From: Minisyncoccota bacterium | Lineage (GTDB): Bacteria > Patescibacteriota > Minisyncoccia > Minisyncoccales > JAQTPW01 | Length of the DNA: 64,000 nucleotides | Direction of reading: 5' to 3' | Assembly (NCBI GenBank): GCA_028712565.1 | Contig: JAQTPW010000002.1 | Location: 99,601-163,600, forward strand | The notes under the pieces: generated by a model | What the model was told of the DNA's origin: nothing | Database searches by the model: none | What the model saw: only the letters and a program-made list of their open reading frames with translations | Part shown: positions 16,093 through 23,040 of the stretch, one piece after another | How positions within the stretch are numbered: position 1 is the stretch's first letter | How the letters are laid out: the number at the start of each line of letters is the position of its first letter | Position numbers and translations under genes: made by a program

Positions 16093-18204
16093 TTATTTTG
16101 GCCAATTTTCAACCATTAAAAATTTTTGTTTATCTTTAAATGGAAAATTTTGATAAATTTCCTCCGTGATAAAAGGCACAAAAGGATGCAAAATTTTTAG
16201 GGAAGAAAAAAGCACAAAAGCAAGAACATTTTTACTTTCTTTGCCACCTTCCTTTTTTGATATTTCAATGTAGCTGTCGCAAAAATCATGCCAGAAAAAT
16301 TCATAAACTCTATGGGCGGCTTGGCCGAATTCAAAACTATCAAAACTTTTATCAATAAATTTTATTGTTTCTTCCAGAGATTTTAGTATTTTTTTGTCAG
16401 CCGGAGTAAGATTTTTTGAATTAAAGGCCGATTTTGCATTTTCTATTTTATTTTGTCCCGATTGGAACAGAACAAAACGGCTGGCGTTCCAGACTTTGTT
16501 GCAAAACTTTTTTCCCATCATTATATTGTCTTCCAAAAATTTAATGTCTTGGCCTCCCATAATCTGGAAAGCGATTCCAAATCTTGTGGCATCAGCCCCG
16601 TATTTATCAATTAATAATATGGGATCAATTCCAGTTCCCAAAGATTTTGACATTCTTTTTCCCTCTTTTGTTAAAACTGTTGGGTGAATATAAACGCGGC
16701 TGAAAGGTATTTTTTTCATAAATTCCATGCCTGAAAAAATCATTCGAGAAACCCACAAATTCAAAATATCTCGGGCTGTGCTCAAAACATCAGTTGGATA
16801 AAAATTTTGCAAATCGTTCTTTTGGGCTTTGCCCTCCGTAGCTTTAGCGGAGGAGGGCCATCCCAGTGTTGCGAAAGGCCAGAGTGCAGAAGAAAACCAG
16901 GTGTCTAAAACATCTTCTGACCCTTCAATTGGGATTTTGTGTCCCCACCAGATTTGGCGGGAAATGCACCAATCTTTGACGTTTTTTAACCATTCCAAAT
17001 ATGGCTTTTCAAAGTTTTTGGGATAAAATTTTATTTTTCCAGATTTTACAGCTTTAATTGCCATTTCGGCTAAACCTCCGCCTTGGGCGGACATTTTCAA
17101 AAACCATTGTTCAGAAGGAATTAACTCAATTGTCGTATTGCATCTATAACATTTTGGAATTTGGTGGATGTAATCTTCAACTTTTTCCAAAAGCCCTAAA
17201 TTTTGAAGATCGGAAATTATTTTTTCCCTCGCTTCCAAAACTGAAAGGCCTTGGTAGGGAAGAGGAGCGTCTTTGGTAATTTTTCCTCTTTCATCAATTA
17301 CTTGTTTGATTCCGAGTTTGTGGCGAAAACCAATGTCTGCATCAACTAAATCGTGGGCAGGGGTTACTTTTACAGCCCCTGTTCCAAATTCTAAATCAAC
17401 TAATCTGTCGGCAATAATCGGGATTTCAATATTTACCAAAGGTAAAACAACATTTTGCCCGACTAAATTTTTATATCTTTCATCTTTTGGATTTACTGCG
17501 ACTGCCATATCCCCCAGCATAGTTTCGGGCCTCGTCGTCGCGACCGTTACATATTTTTGATTTTTGATATTTGATTTTTGATCTATCGGGTATCTTATGT
17601 ACCACAATTTTCCTTTTTCTTCTTTAAATTCAATTTCCAAATCTGACAAAGATGTTTGGCATCTTGGACACCAATTAACAACTCTTTTGCCCCGATAAAT
17701 CAGGCCTTTTTCATAATAATGCAAAAAAGCCGCCTTTACTGCCAGAGTGTAGCCCTCATCCATAGTAAAGCGGGTTCTCGACCAATCCATGGAGGAACCC
17801 ATTTTTTTGAATTGTTCCAAAATTATATTTCCGTATTTTTCTTTCCATTGCCAAACTCTTTCAATGAATTTTTCTTTTCCCAAATCAAACCTTGAAAGCC
17901 CTTCTTTTTTCAATTCTTTTTCAACTACATTTTGAGTGGCAATTCCTGCATGGTCAGTCCCCGGCAGCCAGAGAGTTTTAAATCCCTGAAGCCTTTTCCA
18001 GCGGATTAAAATATCTTGGACAGTTAAATTTAACGCGTGCCCCATGTGCAAGACCCCGGTAATATTTGGCGGGGGAACAACAATTGTGTAGCTTTTTTTC
18101 CTTTTTCCCGGAAGGTAATCCGGATTAAAAAAACCTGACTCCTGCCAGAGTTTATAAATTTTATCTTCAACTTGTTTTGGATCGTAAGCTTTAGATAGTT
18201 CCAT
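16093..18204 (-). CDS. valS: Valine--tRNA ligase (short form lacking the C-terminal coiled coil)
   Basis: PPPNITGVLHMGHAL (HIGH region), TRPETMLGD and KMSKSLGT (KMSKS). 703 aa. Confidence 0.92.
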   Translation of the reverse strand: MELSKAYDPKQVEDKIYKLWQESGFFNPDYLPGKRKKSYTIVVPPPNITGVLHMGHALNLTVQDILIRWKRLQGFKTLWLPGTDHAGIATQNVVEKELKKEGLSRFDLGKEKFIERVWQWKEKYGNIILEQFKKMGSSMDWSRTRFTMDEGYTLAVKAAFLHYYEKGLIYRGKRVVNWCPRCQTSLSDLEIEFKEEKGKLWYIRYPIDQKSNIKNQKYVTVATTRPETMLGDMAVAVNPKDERYKNLVGQNVVLPLVNIEIPIIADRLVDLEFGTGAVKVTPAHDLVDADIGFRHKLGIKQVIDERGKITKDAPLPYQGLSVLEAREKIISDLQNLGLLEKVEDYIHQIPKCYRCNTTIELIPSEQWFLKMSAQGGGLAEMAIKAVKSGKIKFYPKNFEKPYLEWLKNVKDWCISRQIWWGHKIPIEGSEDVLDTWFSSALWPFATLGWPSSAKATEGKAQKNDLQNFYPTDVLSTARDILNLWVSRMIFSGMEFMKKIPFSRVYIHPTVLTKEGKRMSKSLGTGIDPILLIDKYGADATRFGIAFQIMGGQDIKFLEDNIMMGKKFCNKVWNASRFVLFQSGQNKIENAKSAFNSKNLTPADKKILKSLEETIKFIDKSFDSFEFGQAAHRVYEFFWHDFCDSYIEISKKEGGKESKNVLAFVLFSSLKILHPFVPFITEEIYQNFPFKDKQKFLMVENWPK
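17554..17581. repeat. Heptamer repeat inside valS (tttttga tttttga tatttga tttttga)
   Basis: Translated in frame on the minus strand as ...DQKSNIKNQKY.... Belongs to the same AT-rich heptamer family seen in intergenic spacers at 15321-15356 and 18232-18270. Confidence 0.8.
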
Positions 18205-18339
18205 ATATTCAATTATTTTAACACAAAAAAAGAAATTCTAAATCCTAATATCTAAATCTTAAACAATTGGTAAATTCAAAATTTTAAACACATTTTGCTT
18301 TTTGAAATTTGTATTTGTTTAGTTTTTAGGATTTTTGAT

Positions 18340-19503
18340 TTAGGATTTGTCGATTCTAAGATTAGCTTTGGCTTCAATATCGGGATACTTTTTCTTTGGA
18401 TTTTTCAAATAATTAAAATAGGCAGCCAAACCCACCATTGCCGCATTATCAGTAGAAAATTTAGTTTCAGGAACAAAAAATTTTACATTTGGAAGCTCTT
18501 TTTCAATCTTTTCTTTGAATTGTTTTCTTAATTCTTCATTCGCAGTAACTCCGCCGCCCAAAATTACACTTTTTGCTTTAAAATCTTTTGCAGCTTTTAG
18601 GGCTTTCTTCAATAAAACATCAATTATTGCTTGCTGGACTTCGGCGCACATTGCATTTATATATTCTTTCGATTTTTGGGTTTTCCCGCCCGAGGCGGGT
18701 CCGCCTTGGGCGGAGATATTTGATTTTTGATATTTGTATAGTACTGCGGTTTTCAGACCAGAAAAGCTGAAATCGTAATTTTTCTGCGCCATCATAGGCC
18801 GCGGAAGTTTTATTTGTGATTTGTGATTTGTAATTTGTAATTTTGCAGCCGCGGCTGCAATTGCTGGTCCTCCCGGATATCCTAATCCTAAAATTCTGGC
18901 AACCTTATCAAAGCATTCCCCAGCCGCATCGTCTCTTGTTTCACCTAAAATTTGGTATTTTCCAAGACCTTTAGCCAAAATCAACTGCGTATGGCCGCCG
19001 CTCACCACGAGGCACACCGCCGGAAGCAAATTTTTGTAATTTGTAATTTGTAATTTGTAATTTGAGCGAATGAAATTCGCTAAGATGTGGGCTTCGATGT
19101 GGTTAGTGGGCACGATTGGAAGGTTCATTTTCTTTGCTAAATCTTTTGCAAAATTTATTCCCGTCCACAAACAAGGCTCTAACCCCGGACCGTTAGTTAC
19201 AGCAATTAGATCAATTTTTGGTTTCTTTTTGAAGATTGAAAATTGATCATTGAAAATTCCAAAACCTGCTTCTTTTAACGCCCTTTTAAAAACAATAGGC
19301 AAGTTTTTTTGGTGTTCTCTTTTTGCTAGAGACGGAAAAACTCCGCCGTATTTTGCGTGGAGTTTAACTTGTGAGGAAACAATATTGCTAAGAATTTCTA
19401 ATTTCCAATTTTTCCCGCCCGAGGCGGGTCCGCCTTGGGCGGATATTTCCAAAATCGCGATTGCGGTGTCGTCGCAGGAAGTTTCAATAGCGAGGATAAT
19501 CAT
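18340..19503 (-). CDS. tsaD: tRNA N6-adenosine threonylcarbamoyltransferase TsaD, carrying about 50 extra residues in five loop insertions
   Basis: IETSCDDT, VSGGHTQL, DFSFSGLKT and TDNAAM motifs. 387 aa, compared with about 337 aa for the E. coli TsaD sequence I recall. Confidence 0.92.
   Translation of the reverse strand: MIILAIETSCDDTAIAILEISAQGGPASGGKNWKLEILSNIVSSQVKLHAKYGGVFPSLAKREHQKNLPIVFKRALKEAGFGIFNDQFSIFKKKPKIDLIAVTNGPGLEPCLWTGINFAKDLAKKMNLPIVPTNHIEAHILANFIRSNYKLQITNYKNLLPAVCLVVSGGHTQLILAKGLGKYQILGETRDDAAGECFDKVARILGLGYPGGPAIAAAAAKLQITNHKSQIKLPRPMMAQKNYDFSFSGLKTAVLYKYQKSNISAQGGPASGGKTQKSKEYINAMCAEVQQAIIDVLLKKALKAAKDFKAKSVILGGGVTANEELRKQFKEKIEKELPNVKFFVPETKFSTDNAAMVGLAAYFNYLKNPKKKYPDIEAKANLRIDKS
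18681..18742. repeat. GC-rich double-palindrome element copy 1 plus adjacent heptamers, in frame in tsaD
   Basis: ttttcccgcccgaggcgggtccgccttgggcgga (34 nt, identical to 19410-19443) followed by gatattt gattttt gatattt. The element encodes ...SAQGGPASGGK.... Confidence 0.85.
18812..18846. repeat. Heptamer repeat (atttgtg x2, atttgta x2) in frame in tsaD
   Basis: Encodes KLQITNHKSQIK. Confidence 0.8.
19029..19065. repeat. Heptamer repeat (aatttgt x4-5) in frame in tsaD
   Basis: Encodes SNYKLQITNYK. Confidence 0.8.
19393..19443. repeat. Heptamers plus GC-rich double-palindrome element copy 2, in frame in tsaD
   Basis: aatttct aatttcc aattttt followed by the same 34-nt cccgcccgaggcgggtccgccttgggcgga element. 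Encodes SAQGGPASGGK a second time. Confidence 0.85.
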
Positions 19504-19504
19504 A

Positions 19505-19574
19505 CCAGGTAGTAGAATTCGACTTAAGCTATTAATTTCACTGCCGCGGCAGTGGTCGAATTTTCACTACCTGG
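19505..19574. promoter_or_regulatory. 70-nt strong hairpin abutting the tsaD start codon
   Basis: CCAGGTAGTAGAATTCGAC (19505-19523) pairs with GTCGAATTTTCACTACCTGG (19555-19574): 19 bp with one bulge. There is an inner palindrome CACTGCCGCGGCAGTG. The stem ends 1 nt from the tsaD ATG (19503). Confidence 0.5.
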
Positions 19575-19580
19575 CATAGC

Positions 19581-19609
19581 TTTACAAATAACACAATTTT
19601 GTTTAGAAT
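19581..19609 (+). promoter_or_regulatory. Candidate promoter of tRNA-Glu
   Basis: TTTACA-17 nt-TAGAAT, 27 nt upstream of the tRNA. Confidence 0.45.
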
Positions 19610-19636
19610 TAAAGAGAAATTATTTGTTATTTTTAT

Positions 19637-19711
19637 GGCGCCATCGTCTAGTCTGGTCTAGGACACCACGCCTTCAATGTGGTAACTCGGGTTCAAATCC
19701 CGATAGCGCCG
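19637..19711 (+). tRNA. tRNA-Glu(UUC) with C at position 33
   Basis: GGCGCCA-UC-GUCU-AGUCUGGUCUA-GGAC-A-CCACG-CCUUCAA-UGUGG-UAAC-UCGGG-UUCAAAU-CCCGA-UAGCGCC-G. Overall very similar to bacterial tRNA-Glu. The anticodon loop CCUUCAA has C33 instead of U33, and there is one C6:A67 mismatch. Confidence 0.8.
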
Positions 19712-19756
19712 CATTTCTATTTTGTACCAAAGATGTTATAATATAATAATACATCT

Positions 19757-20450
19757 ATGGTACAAAATGATTTGCATCAAAAAGCTATTGCTTTGCGGCT
19801 GAAAGGAAAAAGCTATGGCGAGATAAAAAAAAGAGCTCAATGTTCCGAAGAGCACGCTTTCGAGTTGGTTTAAAAAATTTGTTTTGCCGGAATCTGTCAA
19901 AAAAATTCTAGAAGAAAAAAGGAGGGCTCCTCGGAAACAATTAGTAGAGTTTAATCGTCGCCGGACGCAAAGTATTCAAATAGAGAATAAAAAGGTGCTT
20001 AAAGATGCTGCAAGCGAAATTAAAAATATTTCAAGATATGAATTGTTATTAATTGGAGCTGCGTTGTACTGGGCAGAGGGATATAATAAACAAGAAGGTA
20101 GGGTGCATAGTCCTTATCTTAGTTTTGGCAATTCAAATCCCGGCATGGTTAATTTATTTATTCATTTTCTTAAAGAAGCGATGCAAACCCCAATGGAAAA
20201 GATGAGGCCATTTGTTCAAATCCATAATAATATTGATGCGGAATCGGCGATTACATTTTGGGCGAAAATTTGCAATATACCTAAAGAGCGTTTTCGCGTT
20301 ACTCATCAAATCAGCAGAGCAAGCAAAGGTCGGCGTCCGCACAATTCGCTTCCTTACGGGACATTTAAGTTGGATGTTAGCGGCCGGCAGAACTTTTTCA
20401 AGGTTAAAGGATGGATTGATGGAATAATTAAAAATAGCACCGCTGAATAA
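19757..20450 (+). pseudogene. HTH + LAGLIDADG-like protein, paralog of 2613..3284, frame-shifted in an A8 run
   Basis: The ATG at 19757 gives MVQNDLHQKAIALRLKGKSYGEIKK, then the frame breaks. Removing one A from the A8 tract (19826-19833) restores ...ELNVPKSTLSSWFKKFVLPESVKKILEE, which joins ORF 19884..20450 (LIGAALYWAEGYNK core). Confidence 0.7.
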
Positions 20451-20469
20451 AAATCGTCGCTTTGGACGA

Positions 20470-20590
20470 TTTTTTATTTACCTCGAGCCGTATTGAAAGG
20501 GTTTAACCCATCCGAAGCTTTAGCGAAGGAGGGCTTGTCCTGAGTCATATCGAAGGGCTTGCCCTGAGCCGTGTCAAAGGGTACAATAAA
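20470..20590. repeat. GC-rich degenerate repeat cluster (gagccgtattgaaaggg / gagtcatatcgaagggc / gagccgtgtcaaaggg; ccgaagctttagcgaagg)
   Basis: Three to four related units of about 25 nt, in an otherwise AT-rich intergenic region. Confidence 0.7.
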
Positions 20591-20617
20591 CTAATTAATA
20601 ATTAACTCATAAAATAT

Positions 20618-21565
20618 ATGGAAGAAATAAATGGAGCGCAAAATAGCAATAAAACTATATTACCCACAAAAACGAAAATCGCCACGATTTGGCTTATGGT
20701 ATTGAGTATTTTGTTTTTTGCACTTATTGCTGTTTTTTTTCTGCTTATTGTGTACGAAAACTCTAAACCCAGTTTAGGCATAAATGATTTCGCAGGACTT
20801 GAATGGATCTTTTTTACAGTAACCAGCCTTATTCTCGCAGTTCCTGGAATTTTACTTTTTTTATCCGCTAAATTTATATTCAAAGCCAAAAAATGGGCAT
20901 GGCTTTTGGGCCTAATTTCTACATTGATTTTATTCTTTGTGCTGGTTGGGGTTGGATTAGAGTCAATCAGGGAAATATTAAATCCCAAACCTTATACTGG
21001 TCCGATACCGATTTATTTCCCAATAATTTGTTTTGCAATTTCATTTATATTTTTGGTTCCTGCCATTCTTCTCCTTCTTGCTAGAAAAAATTTCTGGAAG
21101 GCGACAAAACTCAGGGAGCAAACAAAAAATATTGCACAGGATAATAAAATTATATTTCCTGTAAAAACAGAAATCGCGGCGTGGTTGATTATGATTGCGA
21201 GCATTTTCTTTTTAATATCCGTTCCTCTTTTTTCATTAACGGTTAGTTTTAACAGTCTTATCCTTATTGGTGGTTTTATTGCCCTCTTCTTTTTATCCGC
21301 CATCTCTATATTAAAATCGCAAAAACTAGCATGGTTTTTGGGTTTAATTATCTCTTTTGTAGCAGCTACGTATGCACTGGTTTCATGTGTAAATTATTTA
21401 AATAATTATATTCAATATATCCAAGAAATTAACAAAATTACTTATTATGTAAAATTTTCTTTTAATTCAGCTCATTTATTGTATCTTTTAATCCCTGCTT
21501 TTTTATTCATTCCTCCGATTCTTCTCCTCCTCGACCGTAAAAACTTCTGGAAAATAGCGAGATAA
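20618..21565 (+). CDS. Polytopic membrane protein: internal tandem duplication of the ~150-aa LPTKTKIA...KNFWK module
   Basis: Two halves each start with (L/F)P(T/V)KT(K/E)IA..W(L) and end with LLLL(A/D)RKNFWK. Paralogous to the next two genes. Confidence 0.75.
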   Translation: MEEINGAQNSNKTILPTKTKIATIWLMVLSILFFALIAVFFLLIVYENSKPSLGINDFAGLEWIFFTVTSLILAVPGILLFLSAKFIFKAKKWAWLLGLISTLILFFVLVGVGLESIREILNPKPYTGPIPIYFPIICFAISFIFLVPAILLLLARKNFWKATKLREQTKNIAQDNKIIFPVKTEIAAWLIMIASIFFLISVPLFSLTVSFNSLILIGGFIALFFLSAISILKSQKLAWFLGLIISFVAATYALVSCVNYLNNYIQYIQEINKITYYVKFSFNSAHLLYLLIPAFLFIPPILLLLDRKNFWKIAR

Positions 21566-21639
21566 TAATTAGCCAATAGCCAATAGCCACTAGTCGATAG
21601 CCACTAGTCGATAGCCACTAGTAATTAGTAATTAAAAAC
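21563..21639. repeat. Heptamer-periodic spacer, 11 units starting at the stop codon (taataat tagccaa tagccaa tagccac tagtcga tagccac tagtcga tagccac tagtaat tagtaat taaaaac)
   Basis: Strict 7-nt phasing of TAG/TAA from the stop codon of 20618..21565 almost to the next start. Confidence 0.9.
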
Positions 21640-21648
21640 AATAAATCT

Positions 21649-22101
21649 ATGGAAACAGAGCATGTAAATTGGGAAAACGAGGAATCAAACAAAATAATAA
21701 AGCCGCCGACAGAAACAAAAAAAGGAGTTATAGATAAAGGACCTCTTCCTACAAAAACAAAAATCGCAACATTCTGGATGTTAAGTATTGGAGGGATTAT
21801 GTTGCTTTATGGTTTGATAAAATTATTTCAAAAGTGTGAAGAATTTTATTGTTCTTCGCCGGCGAAAGGACTAATTTTTGGTCCCTTGCTGATAATTTCG
21901 GCACTCGGCTTATTAAAACTGAAAAGGAAGTATATCTGGGTTTTTATTGTTTCAATAACTATCGAACCATTTTTAATTGATTCACTAAGGGACGTCTTCG
22001 TATTTAGAAGCGCTATAGATTTTTTAAACGGTATTTTATTCCTAGTTCCTTTAGTGCTTTTTCTGATCGATAGCGGAAATTTTTGGAAAATAGCAAAATA
22101 A
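21649..22101 (+). CDS. Membrane protein, single LPTKTKIA...GNFWKIAK module
   Basis: 150 aa. Shares the PLPTKTKIATFWM N-terminal motif and the LFLIDSGNFWKIAK C-terminus with its neighbours. Confidence 0.75.
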   Translation: METEHVNWENEESNKIIKPPTETKKGVIDKGPLPTKTKIATFWMLSIGGIMLLYGLIKLFQKCEEFYCSSPAKGLIFGPLLIISALGLLKLKRKYIWVFIVSITIEPFLIDSLRDVFVFRSAIDFLNGILFLVPLVLFLIDSGNFWKIAK

Positions 22102-22161
22102 TAATTAGCCACTAGCCAATAGTATTTAGCCAATAGTAACTAGTTAATAATTAATTAATAA
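22099..22161. repeat. Heptamer-periodic spacer, 9 units starting at the stop codon (taataat tagccac tagccaa tagtatt tagccaa tagtaac tagttaa taattaa ttaataa)
   Basis: Same architecture as 21563-21639. Confidence 0.9.
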
Positions 22162-22166
22162 AAAAT

Positions 22167-22769
22167 ATGGAACAAATCGAACAGCAAGGCGTAGAAAATA
22201 AATTACCCACAAAAACGAAAATCGCGGCGTGGTGGATGGTGGGTTTGGGAATTTATTTTGCATTTCAAGATATAAGCGCAAAAATTTTCGATACCTCTTC
22301 TATTTTTGTTAGTCTTTTATTTATTCTCCCTCCGATCATTTTGCTTCTTAGTAGTAACGAATGGGCCTGGTTTTTTAGTTTTGTTATAATTTTTTTTCTT
22401 TTCACCCCAGCTATTTTTCAAATGCTAACAGAAAAAAGTTTTTTTGCTATCATTCACGGGCTTTTGACAACAGCCCCGATAGTGTTTTTTATTATTGACT
22501 ATAAGAATTTCAAGAGATTGTCATCGAGGAGCCAATTTAAAAAAGCATCAACTCCCGCTGTGGTTAGGGTTTTTGCTATGCTTTTAATTGTTTTAGTACC
22601 TTTATTTATGGCTTCATTAGTTTTGGGGTTTCTTGTTACAAGTGCGTTTTCTAATTATCCCTCTGAATACCCTTTTACGCAACTTGTATTTATTGTATTT
22701 TTGGTGGCAATAATAATTAGTGTTTTGAGTATTATTGCCGGGATACGGTTATATAGAATAAAAAAATAA
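22167..22769 (+). CDS. Membrane protein with one LPTKTKIA...YKNFKR module plus extra C-terminal TM helices
   Basis: 200 aa. N-terminus KLPTKTKIAAWWM and mid-protein FFIIDYKNFKRL. Confidence 0.7.
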   Translation: MEQIEQQGVENKLPTKTKIAAWWMVGLGIYFAFQDISAKIFDTSSIFVSLLFILPPIILLLSSNEWAWFFSFVIIFFLFTPAIFQMLTEKSFFAIIHGLLTTAPIVFFIIDYKNFKRLSSRSQFKKASTPAVVRVFAMLLIVLVPLFMASLVLGFLVTSAFSNYPSEYPFTQLVFIVFLVAIIISVLSIIAGIRLYRIKK

Positions 22770-22929
22770 GATTGTATTTATTTTCTGCGCTCCGTTTGAA
22801 ATTTTTCAGCTTACTTATGGACTTGCAATTAAGTAATTTTTTAATGCTCCTCTGATTTTTATTTTGCCGATTTTCCTAATCTATTTTTGAGCAATTAGAA
22901 AAAAGTTTAACTAAATTTTGTTAAGTTCC

Positions 22930-22955
22930 AAAAATCCGCCCGCGGGCGGATTTTT
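22930..22955. terminator. Bidirectional rho-independent terminator
   Basis: AAAAAUCCGCCCGCGGGCGGAUUUUU. Confidence 0.75.
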
Positions 22956-23040
22956 GTTTTATTCTAAATGAATTCCCCAGTACCAGTCCGTTCTTGGGCG
23001 GACGGTACGGGGCTTCGCTTGTTTTATTCTAAATGTATTC
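22954..23040. repeat. Direct duplication of the recG 3' end (22 nt, 1 mismatch) flanking a 43-nt hairpin
   Basis: ttgttttattctaaatgAattc (22954-22975) and ttgttttattctaaatgTattc (23019-23040). Between them, CCCCAGUACCAGUCCG-UUCUUGGG-CGGACGGUACGGGG folds as a hairpin. Confidence 0.85.

Noticed and set aside
21563-22161. Possible CRISPR array, suggested by the regular short repeats in the spacers (also at 12163-12211 and 56412-56483).
   Set aside because: The units are only 7 or 9 nt and directly abut one another with no unique spacers. No cas genes are nearby apart from a Cas2-fold regulator-like protein.
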